A DNA stretch of 64,000 nt, from assembly GCA_038087875.1 (NCBI GenBank), contig CM075983.1:46562001-46626000 (forward strand), written 5' to 3'. The stretch is from Malacoraja senta (taxonomy: Eukaryota). Both the position numbers and the translations under genes were made by a program. The notes beneath the pieces are model-generated. The model saw nothing but the letters and a program-made list of their open reading frames with translations. It ran no database searches and was not told where the DNA came from. This document shows positions 49,063 to 61,579 of the stretch, in pieces. The first letter of the stretch is position 1, and each line of letters opens with the position of its first letter.

Positions 49063-50600
49063 CTGAATGAATGAATGAATAAGTTTATTGGCCAAGTATT
49101 CACATACAAGGAATTTGCCTTGGTGCTCCGCCCACAAGTGACAACATGACATACAGTGACAGTTACGAATGACACATAAAACATTAAACATTAATAACAA
49201 AACACCATTGATCAAACATGTGAACCAAACAAAATACCAGAGCAAAAGGAGGCCTCAGATTTTTGGCTATTGAGTAGAGCTACTACTCGTTGAAAAAAAG
49301 CTGTTTTTATGTCTGGCTGTGGCAGCTTTGACAGTCCGGAGTCGCCTTCTGAAGGGAAGTGATTCAAAGAGTTTGTGGCCAGGGTGAGAGGGGTCAGAGA
49401 TGATCTTACCCACTCGCTTCCTGGCCCTTGCAGTGTACAGTTCATCAATGGAGGGAAGGTTTCAGCCAATAACCTTCTCAGCTGATCGGCCGATTCGCTG
49501 CAGCCTCCGGGTGTCGTGCTTGGTGGCTGAGCCAAACCAGACCATGATGGAGAAGGTGAGGACAGACTCTATGATGGCAGTATAGAATTGGACCATCATT
49601 GCCTGTGGCAGATTGTGCTTCCTCAGCTGCCGCAGGAAGTACATTCTCTGTTGTGCCTTTTTGACTGTGGAGTCGATGGTAGCCCCCCACTTAAGGTCCT
49701 TGGAGATGATGGTTCCCAGGAACTTAAAAGACTCCACAGATGTGACTGTGGTGTTGTTGATGGTGAGTGGGGTGAGGGGAGGGGGAGCTCTCCTAAAGTC
49801 TACAATCAATTCCACTGCCTTAAGAGCAGTGAGCCCCAGGTTGTTGTGATGGCACCAGGATGCCAGCTGTGACACTTCCTGTCAGTGGGGAGATTCCTCC
49901 CCATCCTGGATCAGTCCAATCAGGGTTGTGTCGTCCGCAAACTTGAGAAGCTTGACAGAGGAGTCTGTGGAGGTGCAGTCATTGGTGTAGAGAGAGTAGA
50001 GGAGAGGGGAGAGTACGTAGCCTTGCGGTGCTCCTATGCTGAGCGTTTGTGGGTCCGAGATGTGCTTTCCCAGCCTCACATGCTGCTTCCTGTCTGTCAG
50101 GAAGCTGGTGATCCACCGACAGAGGGGTTCAGGCACAGTCAACTCGGACAGTTTGGAGTGTAGTAGTTCTGGCACAATGGTGTTGAATGCAGAGCTAAAA
50201 TCAACAAACAAAATCCTCGCATAGGTCCCCTGGCAGTCTAGGTGCTGGAGGATGAAGTACAGGCCCAGGTTGACTGCGTCATCCACAGATCTATTAGCCC
50301 GATATGCAAACTGCAGAGGATCCATCAGGGGGTTCGTGATATTTTTCAGCTTGGTCAGCAAAAGTCTTTCAAGGGTCTTCATGACTACAGAGGTCAATGC
50401 GACAGGACTGTAGTCATTAAGACCAGTAATCCTTGCCCTTTTGGGTACACGGACAATAGTGGGGACTTTGAAGCAGGCAGGGACAGTACAGGTTTGCAGG
50501 GACTGGTTAAAAATGTCTGTGTAGACCGGTGCCAGTTGTTCAGCACAGAGCTTGAGAGTAGAGGGGGAAACATCGTCCAGTCCTGGAGATTTCCGGGATG
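49063..50600 (-). mobile_element. Rex1/Babar LINE, 5' truncated, with RT domain
   Basis: LKLCAEQLAPVYTDIFNQSL, DPLQFAYRANRSVDDA, LFVDFSSAFNTI, GAPQG.VLSPLLYSLYT, KFADDTTLIG, and a 3' (ATTC)n tail. Confidence 0.95.
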
Positions 50601-51277
50601 TCACCTATGAAATCTGAAGTAGGGTCCTTACCTGAAACTTCACCTATCAAGTCTGAAGAACGGTCCCAATCTGAAATATCCTCTATCCATGTCCTCCAGA
50701 GATACTGCCTGACCTACTGTGTTACTCTTGCATTTTGATAAAGAAATAGTCGTTTGGGAATGTGTTGATGGATGGAATTAGGATTTCCAGGATCAGCCAA
50801 GACAACAGTGGGGTGGGATCTCAGGACCATGATCAAGCACAGACACTGGGGTAGATAATCTGCTCATCATCACTTTGCTATTTGTGGGAGTATTCTATGT
50901 CTGCATTCACTGGTGTCTTTCCCACATTACATGTGTAACTGCACGCAGCAAATTCCCCATTGATTGTAAAGTACTTTTGGATGCTTGATGTTTGCGAAAA
51001 GTATAGTAAATGAGGCAGTGTTTCTGTTAATGTTTGCAATGATCATGTACTGTTGCTGAAATGATCACAGCATGGCTGTTAAAAGATTTCAGTGTTGCAT
51101 TGCTCAAGAGTCCTTATCTACTGCTCAGTCTCTGGTGTCAATCTGCAAGAATACAACTGCCAAAGCTAGAAAAGACTCTTGCTCCCACAAAGGTGGGAAT
51201 AAATGGGCGATATTATTAACATTGAACCCATCTTGCAGGTTATTTAAATGGAAACCTAGTGCTAAACTTCCCATGTG

Positions 51278-51593
51278 CGGGCCGGCATGTGGTGCAGCAG
51301 TAGAGTTGCTGCCTTACTTGGAGCACCGAAGACCCGGTTTCGATCCTGACTGCGGGTGCTGTCTGTACGGACTTTGTACGTTCTCCCCGAGGATTTCCTC
51401 TGAGATCTTCTGTTTCTTCCCACAATCCAAAAACGTACAGGTTTGTAGGTTCATTGGCTTGGTGTAAGTGTAAATTGTCCCTAGTGTATGTAGGATAGAG
51501 TTAATGTGCGGAGATTGCTGGTCGGTGCGGACTGGCTGGGCCAAAGGGCCTGTTTCTGCGCTGTATCTCTAAACTAAACTAAACTAAACTAAA
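51278..51593 (+). mobile_element. HE1-like V-SINE
   Basis: Full copy with (taaac)n tail. Confidence 0.88.
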
Positions 51594-52065
51594 CGTGTAC
51601 ATGGCCCTTGTATCTTCTCGTTCAAAAAATCAGTAAGCTGATTTAGACTTTATCTTCTTCTTTTCGGGTCCATCTTGTTACAAATGTTGACATCGCTGTC
51701 ATCGTCCGTCCTGAAAAGCACGCAAGCTTCTGGTGACAATCAGTGGGGGCCATCACTTGTCGCAATAGATGATGGTGGTAGCGGAATTAGCTCAGGATAC
51801 TTCCAGTTTCTAGCCCTGCGACGTGGACGCTTCTGCTATGGGGCCATTTAGACTTAATGAATGATATTTTATATAATTTATGTACCTAGGTACGTACGGT
51901 GAAATGCTTTGCGTTGCCTACAACCCGGTAAAATCATACAGCAGACCTCACTTAGGCAGTACACAAGTGCCCCACATTTTTGGCGCCGACAAAGTTGCAA
52001 TAGTTCACCGAACAGTCCTATCATCTGCGTGAGGCTGCACGTGCAGCAGGTGGCTCTCAGCTGGG

Positions 52066-52340
52066 TCCACCGAGTCCACTCCGACCATCGATCACCCCAT
52101 ACACTAACACTATCCTACACACGCGCTAGAGATAATTAACAATTTACACAAGCCAATTCACCAACAAACCTGTACGCCTTTGGAGTGGGAGGAAACCGGA
52201 GCACCCGGAGAAATCCCACGCGGTCACAGGAAGAACGTACAAACTCGGTACAGGCTGCACCCGTAGTCAGGATCGAACCCGGATCCGGATCCCTGGCGCC
52301 ATGTTGGCAGCAATTCTACTGCTGCGTGTCTGTGCTGCTC
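52066..52340 (-). mobile_element. HE1-like V-SINE
   Basis: Reverse-complement V-domain and B box. Confidence 0.8.
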
Positions 52341-52677
52341 CGCACTGTCCCGAGATGACGCGAATGTGAGGAGAATAAGGCCACGGTAGTGTAGGATGAG
52401 TGCTAATGGGTGCTTGATGTTTTAAGGTGAGACAAAGGGCGCTGTATATTTCCAGTTCCCCCTATTATCTAGGTAACCAAATATTGAATGTTCTTCCTTG
52501 TATTACAGGAACAGATAATGAATCAAATGTAAAATGAATTTCATTGGAACCTTCTACAAATGAGTCATAAACACATTCACAAATTTAGTTAAATATAGAT
52601 TTTGCAACAGGAAAGGAAACAGTAATTGTGGAGATGAAATGGGCTGTGTACACAAAGGCAAATGTTTGCCTGCCTGA

Positions 52678-52696
52678 CGCTCCATCTAGTGGCAGT
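52678..52696 (-). promoter_or_regulatory. Candidate CTCF site
   Basis: Minus strand ctgCCACTAGATGGAGCg, one mismatch from the CCASYAGRKGGCRS core, in non-repeat DNA. Confidence 0.4.
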
Positions 52697-52857
52697 CATA
52701 TAGTCATACAGTCATAGAGCGTAGAACATAGACACCAGTACAGCACAAGAACAGGCCCTTTGGCCCACAATGTCTGTGTTGAACCTGATGCCAAGTCTTT
52801 CTCTTATCTATCGACACATGATCCATATCCCTCCATTCCCTGCCTATCCAAATGATA

Positions 52858-53266
52858 TGGAGCCTCAGCAGTGGCGGTGAAGCAGCAGTGGCGGTGGAGC
52901 CTCGGCAGTGGCGGTGAGGCCTCGGTGGCGGCAATGGGGCCTCAGCAGCGATGGAGCCTCGGTGGTGGTGAAGCCTCGCGGGTCAACCCACAGTCGACGG
53001 TCAACGAGCGAGTGGGGGAACCGCAGTGAGGGGGGGGAGGGGAAGAACAATGGACCCGTCGTGGGGGGACTGCCGTGAAGGAGGGGGAAGAAATATGGAC
53101 AATGGGGACCCAGCGTGGAGGAGGAGCGGAGAACAAAGGAAGAGCCGGCAAAATTTGTAACTTTGTCAGCGCCGCAGGTGGCCACTATTTGTATACCTTG
53201 GGTATGCTAGCAAAGAATTTCACTGTGCCTTGTCACATATGACAATGAAGTAATCCATTCCATTCC
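52858..53266 (+). mobile_element. GC-rich non-autonomous element fragment with Rex1-type tail
   Basis: (gcagtggcggtggagcctcg)-like repeats, gaacaaagga motif, and tail aagaatttcactgtgcc...catatgacaat(ccatt)n. Confidence 0.6.
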
Positions 53267-54080
53267 ATGTCTATGCTGACTAAAATGCCCCAATTGAAAC
53301 TAGTCCCATTTGCCTGCATTTTGCCCATATCTCACAAAACCTTTCTTATCCATGCACCTGTCCAAATGTCTTTTAAATGCTGCAATTATATCAGTCTCCA
53401 CGACTTCATTGTAGCAGCCTGTGCCATATACCCACCAACTTTGTGTGAAAAACCTGGATCTCAGGTCTCCTTTAAATCACTCCCCTTTCACTTTAAACGT
53501 GCACCTCTAGTTTGAGACTCCCATACCCTGTGAAAACCCTTAGACCATCCACCTAATCTACACCACTCAGGATTTTATAAATCTCTGTAGGTTCACCCCT
53601 CAGCTTCCTTCACTCCAGGGAAAACAATCCCTGCTCTTCCATTATCTTCTTATAACTCAAACCCTCCAGTTCTGGCAACGATGATCTTTTCCACACCATC
53701 TCTCGCTTAATCACATCCTTCCTCTAGTATGGCAACAGAAATTGCATATAATACTCCACGTGTGGTCTCACCAATGTCTTGTACAGTTGCAACATGATGT
53801 CCCAACTCTTGTTCTCAATGTCCCGTCTGATGAAGTCATTCATACCATATTCTTTCTTCACCACTGTCTAACTACATTGCCCCTTTCAGGGAATTTTGTC
53901 CATGTACTTCTCGGTCTCTCTGTCCTAGAACATTCTCCAGGGCACTCACATCCACTGTGTAGTTGCTGCCTGATTTAACTTCCCAACATGTATCACTTCG
54001 TAGTTGTCCGATTTAAATTCCATCTGCCTTTCCTTTTCCCAATTTCTTAGTTGATCTAGATCCTGTTGCAACTTTAGACC
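53267..54080 (-). mobile_element. Old CR1 LINE fragment
   Basis: Reverse-complement CR1 3' motifs (gtacaagacattggtgagaccacacgtggagtatt). Confidence 0.75.
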
Positions 54081-55127
54081 ACCATCTTCGCTCTCCACTA
54101 CGGCACGGTGGCTCAGTGCTAGTGGTTGCTGCCTTATAGCTCCAGAGACCCAGGTTCGATCCTGACAATGGGCGCTGTCTGTACAGAGCTTTTATGTTCT
54201 CCCTGTGACCACGTGAGTTTTCTCCTGGTGCTCTGGTTTCCTCCCACCTATCCAAGTTCTCCAAAGATACTGCCTGACCTGCTGAGTTACTCCAGCACTT
54301 CGTGTCCTCGGGTATTTCATCTCTCTCCTGTACTCCTCACCACCAGCGATTCATCCAAAACAGAGGTGTCGTTAGTGAATTTATAGATGGCATTAGAGTT
54401 GTGCTTAGTCACACTGTCATGGAGAAAGATAGATAAGCAGGGAAGGCATAAACACACAGCCCTGAGGCTGTGTACCTGTGTTGAATAATCCCTCACTAAT
54501 AGGTCAAAGAACACCAAGTACAGATAATTATCCCTTAATGAGATTGCTAAGATTATCCAGGTATTGTCACATTGTTAGCAAAATGGAACTGCAAATGTTG
54601 GTTTACAGCAAAAAAACACAAAGTTCTGGAGTAACTCAGCAGATCAGGCAGCATCTCTGGAGAACATGGAGAGGTGACGTTTCGGGTTGGGACCCTCCTT
54701 CACTCTGAAGAAGACTCCTGGCCCAATAAGTCACCTATTCATATTCTCCAGAGATTCTGTCTGACTTGCTGGGTTATTGGTACATTGTTAGTTGTGGGTG
54801 CCTGTTGTTGCCAAAGTGGCTGTCATACTTCCTACATTACAATGGTGACTGCACATCAATAGATTATGATTGTCTCTAAAGTGTTTTGAAGTGTCTTGGT
54901 ATTGTGAAAAGTGCTACATTAATATCAGCAATTCACTTTCCCCACTGCCCCATAGTTTAAGGTGAAGTGCTCTGGATAATACATCATAAAGGCAGTGAGG
55001 ATTGTGTATACAAAGTGGCACAATGGTGCCGTGGTAGAGCTGCTGCCTAATAGCGCTAGAGTCCCGGATTCGATCCTGACTACCCGTGCTGTCTGCATGC
55101 AATTTGTCGTACCTATGCTCACCTGGA

Positions 55128-55995
55128 TAAGCCAGGAAGCACGGTGAGAGTCATGTTTGTTAACTTCTCCACTGCTTTTAACACCATCCGGCCTGCACTG
55201 TTAGGGAGCAAACTGACAAAAATGTGTCCATTGGTGTCCTGGCCGACCACAGTATGTCAGGCTACAGAACTGTGTTTCGGACATGGTAGTGAGCAACACA
55301 GGGGCTCCAGAGGGGACGGTCCTCTCTCCCTTCCTGTTCACCATCTACACCTCGGACTTTAGATATAACTCTGCCTCCTGCCACCTGCAGAGGTTTCAGA
55401 TGACTCTGCAATTGTGGGCTGCATCAGTGAGGGGAGGGAAGCTGAATACAGAGGTGTAATCAACGACTTTATTGAGTGGCGTGGGCTGAATCACCTGCAG
55501 CTCAACACTGACAAGATGAAGGAGTTAGTGGTGGACTGTAGGAGAGGAACACCCCTGTCCCCTGTCTCCATCAAGCGTGTGGATGTGCAGCTTAGCAAGG
55601 AGTACAAGTACCTTGGCGTTTACCTGGACAGTAAACTGAACTGGTCCAGGAACGCTGAGGCCCTGTACAAGAAGGGACAGCCAGCTGCACTTTTTGAGAA
55701 GGCTCCGCTCCTTCAACGTCTGCAGTGAGATGCTGCAGATGTTCTATCAATCGGTGGTAGCCAGTGCCATCTTCTTCGCTGTCGTGTGCTGAGGCAGCAG
55801 GGCTCAAACTGCGGAGCATCTTGGACAATACAGCTTACCCCCTCCCCCTCCCCAGTCTTTGCACATCCCAAATCCTGGACTTTACACTTGTCACTTTAAT
55901 TTCATATTTCATGTATCTTGTTGTGTTTTATGACTAATTGGCTGACCAATTTCCTTCCTGGGTTAAATAAAGTTCTATTGTATCGTATCGTATCG
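55128..55995 (+). mobile_element. Internally deleted Rex1/Babar LINE inserted into a V-SINE (55015-55105 plus 55995-56195)
   Basis: VRVMFVNFSTAFNTIRP, LQLNTDKMKELVVD, YKYLGVYLDSKLNW, and tail aataaagttct(atcgt)n. Confidence 0.85.
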
Positions 55996-56221
55996 TGACC
56001 GCGTGGGTTTTCTCTGGGCGCTCCAGTATCCTCCCACATTCCAAAGACATGCAGGTTTCTAGGTTAATTGGCTTCTGTAAATTGCCCTTCGTGCGAGGGA
56101 TGTGAAACTGGGGTAACATAAAACTAGTGCACGGGTGATCATTGGTCGATGCGGACTTTGTGGGTCTCAGGCCTGCTGTATTTCTAAACCAAACGAACTT
56201 ACAATAGCAACCAATTTGCAA

Positions 56222-56552
56222 TTAAAAAAAGACACAAATTGCAGGAATAACTCAGAGGGTCCGGCAGCATCCCTGGAGAAGAGCCTCCCTGAGCCACGGA
56301 ATTATACAAGCACTTTGTGTCTTTTTTTTGCAAACCAACTTCTGCAGTTTCACTGTTCCACTGCAAAATCACCTCAAGGTATGCCTACGTGGAATTTGTT
56401 CTGCACCTCTCTCTGACGGGGGTTCTGTGAGGCCCTCTCTCACTGCTCCCTCTTTGTGATTCCTGCAGCTTTCTTCTCCAGGGATGATGCCTCACCCACT
56501 GACAATTACGCCTGTACTTTGTAAACCAGCATCTGCAGTTCGTTGTTTCTAC
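56222..56552. mobile_element. Decayed palindromic pLTR-derived element
   Basis: Flanked by caa(c/t)caatttgca direct repeats, with pLTR arms and tail ccagcatctgcagttc. Confidence 0.65.
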
Positions 56553-56765
56553 AATCAATTTGCATTGATTGATACTGGTTGGATATTGGATATTGGATTC
56601 TTTCCTTCAGATGCTGTGAACTGCACCATTCTCCTATTTAATTCGCATTCGTAACTGTTTGATAAAATTAGATTAATTTTAAAATTAGTTTAATTAACAA
56701 ACTAGCTGCAGCTGGCCGAGCTGCCACAAAGTCAGATACACAGAGCAGAGTTGTGGACCATTGGA

Positions 56766-57316
56766 TTCAAGATGGCGGAGGTGTCAGTGGCAATGCATGC
56801 AGGTAAACAAAGGTGCTGGTAAATGGAGTGGGGTCATACCTTCGAGGTCGGCTGCAGGAGGCACCCGCAGGGCACGAGGACTGAGATGTAGCCGTGTGAG
56901 GTTCACAGGATAATGTGTCCGGATCGAGGTGCCGGCAGAGTAGGCAGCTGGAAACCCTGCAGCAGCCTGGGGCTCGTCTGGATCGGGCACCGCTCCAAGA
57001 GGCCAAGCGCACAGATCAGATGCAGCCTGCAGCAACAATGGGTGGTAGAGGACACAAACAAATTTGCTTGGCCAGGCCGACCCTGCAACGCTAACACACC
57101 AGGCTTTTGTGGCCAAGTTAAGAATTCTGTACTTATAACAACTCGGACTTAAAAAGGTGCCAAAACCTGGCAACTCTTGTACTACTGTCTCAGTGTCCTA
57201 TTCCTGTACACTTGTACTATCTAAGATTGTGCTTGTGCGTAGTAATACTTTTACTGAATTGTATGCAAAAAAGAATTTCACTGTACCTCAGTACATGACA
57301 ATAAAGTACCATTGAA
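56766..57316 (+). mobile_element. Non-autonomous element with caagatggcg head and Rex1-type tail
   Basis: Head ttcaagatggcgg and tail aagaatttcactgtacctcagtacatgacaataaag. Confidence 0.5.
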
Positions 57317-57889
57317 CATCAAAACAGCTTTTATCGAGTATTTGCATTGAATGGAATTAGTAGTTAAAACATCTTTTCTTTAAAAGAAATTCCACTATTT
57401 GTCATGTGTCAGTTAGGATTTTCACAGCTCTATCTGGGCTCAGTCTGGCTTTCTCTTTAATTGATCTCCTCAGTTCATCTCCTGTTGAAAATAATAAACA
57501 AAATCTGCTTTATTTCAGATGGATTTTTACTTGAAAGGCAGCTTTAATTCTAACAAAGCAAAAGGCTCCAATCAGAAATGGCAAGCTTTAAATGTGGCCA
57601 TTACCGAACCAAAGGTCTCAGCGGATGCATACGTCACCGCTCTTGGCAGAAGGTTGCCTGAAGATGTTTTCTAGGTGCTAGTTAAGTGCCTGCTCCACGG
57701 AAGGAGTTGGCTGTGTTGATCAATATCAGTGACGTAGATGCAGTAATCAGTGACAGAGACTGCCTGTGGCTTAAGTGAGTTGACGCAGAATGGCCAGTTC
57801 TTTTTACAAGGTATTATTTTCCTCCATTAAATTATTCCAGGGACTGGTAATCCGGGAACGGCTTTACTAAGACAAATGAATTGTTGAAC

Positions 57890-58310
57890 ATGGAAAAGTG
57901 CAGCATAGGAACAGGTATATCACACCACAATGTGCCTCTCTAGACCTTTCCTATCCATGTACCTGTCTAAGTGTTTTGTAAATCCTGTCATTGTTCCTGT
58001 CTCAAATAGTGACTCTGGCAGCTCATTCCATATACTCACCACCCTTTGAGTGGAAAAATTGCCCCTCAGGTTTGGATTAAATCTTGCCTCTTTCACCTTA
58101 AACCCAGGTCCTCTGGTTTTTGATTCCCCTATCCTGGGTAAAAGACTGTACATTTACACTATCTAGTCCCCTCATGATTTGATATACACCTCTTTAAGAT
58201 GATCCCTCAGCCTCCTGCATTCCAAGGAATAAAGTTCTAACCTGCCCAACCTCTCCCTATCGGTCTGGGCCTGAAGTCCTGGCAACATCCTCGTAAATCA
58301 TCTTTCAGTT
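57890..58310 (-). mobile_element. CR1/HER1-like LINE 3' fragment
   Basis: SKTRG..FKVK..RFN.NLRGNFSTQRVVSIWNELPE. Confidence 0.88.
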
Positions 58311-58604
58311 TAATGACAGATTTACGGTTTCATGGGTACCTTGCAACCTTCTTCAAACTCTACACCAGAGTTGGTCAGTCCACATTCAAAAGCAAAGTGG
58401 TGCAGTTGGTAGACTTGTTGCCTCATAGCATTGAAGACACAGCTTTGATCCTGAGCTTGAGTGCTGCCTGCGAGGAGTTTGCACGTTCTCCCTGTGACTG
58501 TGTGGGTTTCCTGCGGACACTGCTGTTTCCTCCCACATCCCAAAGACGTGTTTGTAGATTAATTGGCCCACTGTAAATTTCTCCTGGTGTGTGGAGTGGA
58601 TGAG

Positions 58605-59385
58605 GTCATAAGGAACAGGAGTAGAATTAGGCCATTCGGCCCATGAAGTCTACTCCACCATTCGATCATGGCCGATCTATCTCTTCCTCCTAACCCCATT
58701 TTCTTGCCTTCTCCCCATAATCTCTGACACCCGTACTGATCAAGAATCTACCTATCTCTCCCGTAAAAATATCCACTGACATGGCCTCCACAGCCTTCTG
58801 TAGCAAAGAATTCCAGATTCACCACCCTCTAACTAAAGACATTTCTCATCCCTTTCCTAAAAAAAAGTCCTTTAATTCTGAGGCTATGACTTCTAGTCCT
58901 AAACTCTCCCACTAGTGGAAACATCCTCTCCACATCCACTCTATCCAAGCCTTTCACTATTCTGTATGTTTCAATGAGGTCCCCCCTCATTCTTCCAAAC
59001 TCCAGTGATTACAGGCAGTGCCAACAAATGCTCATCATAAATTAACCTACTCATTCCTGGGATCATTCTTGTAAACCTTCGCTGGACCCTCTCCAGAACC
59101 AACACATCCTTCTTCAGATATGGTGCCCAAAATTGCTCACAATATTCTAAATGCGGCCTTATCAGCGTCTTATAGAGTCTCAACATTACATCCCTGCACT
59201 TGTATACAAACCCTCTTGAAATAAATATTAGCATTGGGTTTGGTTTCTTCACTATCGATTCGACTTGCCGATTGACTTTTTGGGAATCCTGCACCAGCAC
59301 TCCCAAGTCCCTTTGCACCTCCGATTTCTGGATTCTCACCCCATTTTTAAAAAAAGCCACACCTTTATTTCTACAAGAAATATAC
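58605..59385 (-). mobile_element. CR1 LINE 3' fragment inserted into a V-SINE (58395-58604 plus 59386-59472)
   Basis: QRDLGVLV, LYKTLIRPHLEYCEQFWAPYLKKD...LERVQRRFTRMIPG. Confidence 0.92.
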
Positions 59386-60282
59386 GTGGGATAATGTAGA
59401 ACTAGTGCGAACAAATGAGCAATGGTTGGGCGAAGGGCCTGTTTCCATGTTGTATCTCCAAACCAAAAACTAAATGACAGCTGACCTACTAAGCATTTCC
59501 CATAACTCTTGTCAGCATTCCTTTTTTGTGCTCACTCTAACTTCCACCATTAATCTGTCCACCATGTAGCTCTATTAGTAATTTATTACCATGGTAACCC
59601 TGGCCTCACCCTATCTGCGATATTCACAATGTCGAATCTATCAGTCTCCCATCCTTTGTGCAGGTTAAGAAACAACTTTTTTTTCCCATTTCCGGTGATA
59701 TTTTCTGGTTTTAGTTCAGATTTCCAGCATCTGCAGTAGTTTTGATTTGTTTTTACTCCAATATCTTTACTTATTTCACTCCTGCCATCGGGAAGTGGAG
59801 GAGTCTTAAAACTGTAACATCCAGGTTCAGGAATAGCCTTTTCCCAACCATCAGGCTATTGAACACTACAAACTCCAATTAAACTATGAATTGAACGGGT
59901 TGCAGTAGGGACTTTGGCCCTTGTTTTGTTTTTGCACTATTTTTGGCTTTTTTAGTTATTGAACTTTAAAAAAATTATATTATCTATTGAGTAATGTGTT
60001 TTAGTACTGTGTTTTTTACAACCCAATGTGCTGCTGCAAATAAGAATGTAATTGTTCCATTTCAGGACACATGACAATAAAATACTCTTGACTTGAATAT
60101 ACAGTATTTGCACCAAAGAATGAAAATTAGAAGTACATATTTGGAAAACTGTGCAACTCTATTACTTTCAACACTATTAAATTTCCGATTTAATTTTACA
60201 AAGAAGGCTGCATCTGCAGTCTTCCAGAAACGATAAGAAATCATAAGAGGTTTGTGTCAGCAATATTCCTACACTTTGAGTT

Positions 60283-60745
60283 GAATTGAATAATTTTATT
60301 AGCCAAATATGTATACATACAAGGAATTTGCCTTCGTGCTTTGCTCACAAGTAACACAATATACAGTAGACAATTAAAAATAAAACATTATAATTTAAAC
60401 ATGTGAAGAATGAAATAAAATACCAGAGCAAAAGGACGCTAGACTTTTGACTGTTGGGTAGAGCTACTGCTCGAGGAAAAAAACTGTTTTTAAGTCTGGC
60501 TGCGGCGGCTTTGACAGTCCAGAGTCGCCTTCCAGAGGGAAGTGCTTCATAGAGTTTGTGGCCAGGGTGAGAGGGGTCTGCGATGATCTTACCCGCTCGC
60601 TTCCTGGCCCTTGCAGTGTAGTTTGTCGATCGGGGGGGAAGGTTGCAGCCAACAATCTTCTCAGCTGATCGAACGATGTGCTGCAGCCTCCGGATGTCAT
60701 CCTTGGTGGCTGAGTCAAACCAGACCATGGTGGAGGTGAGAACAA
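60283..60745 (-). mobile_element. Rex1/Babar LINE 3' fragment
   Basis: Same family as 49063-50600 (RARKRAGKIIADPSHPGHKL..LPSGRR). Confidence 0.9.
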
Positions 60746-60894
60746 ACTCAGGACTAATGCAGGCACTCCACCACAAAATATCAACCACCCCTCTGCCTCC
60801 TTAGTTACTGTTTGACCCACTGAGTTCTTCCAGCAGTTTATGTTTTGTTGTGTGATTTCATACCTGTAGGAATATCCTTTGTTTTGTTTTTGAG

Positions 60895-61157
60895 TTACAG
60901 TATGAAAACTGGCCATCCATCACCCCTTCACACTGATTCTATGTTGTTCCACTTTCTCATTAACTTCCTACCGATTAAGGGAAATTTTATCGAAGCCAAT
61001 TAACCGACAAAACCTGCTCGTCTTTGGGATGCTGGAGGAAACGTACATTGATACAGGGCGAACGTGCAAACTCCACACAGACAGCACCTGACGTCAAGAT
61101 CAAACGCGGGTCTCTGGTGCTGTGAGGCAGTAGTTCTGCCAACTACTGTACCACCCA
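60895..61157 (-). mobile_element. Decayed HE1-like V-SINE
   Basis: Reverse-complement head and V-domain. Confidence 0.75.
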
Positions 61158-61579
61158 AGATCCTGAACTTTTCTTAAATAAAAACAGTTGAGCTGGTTGT
61201 CACTATAATTTGCTGTGTGGTAACTTCCATGGATAAATTACTGTACTCAATCCAAAACAGAATTTAGATTACAAAATAATTAATCAGATATCATGAATAA
61301 TTTAGTTCTTTAACTTCTTAAGTTATAGTGAATGTAAGAAAACAGTCAGAAAAGTAATTTTGACAAATCAGCTTTATGAGTTTTGACCAATTATACAGTA
61401 CTATAGTATACCATTTAATTTCCAACATTAAGGGCAGTACAATTGTTTGATAATTTTCACATTACAATCAGATTTTGTAACATAACTTACATATTCATTT
61501 TTCCATGTTTCTCTCAGAGCAAGTTTAATCATTCTGCAAACAAGGTTCGGGAAGGGAGCAAAATGGAAAAGTTACAGCA

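Noticed and set aside
49001-50700. CRISPR-like appearance of regularly spaced short repeats
   Set aside because: Vertebrate DNA, the units are contiguous with no unique spacers, there are no cas genes, and the repeats derive from the Penelope pLTR.
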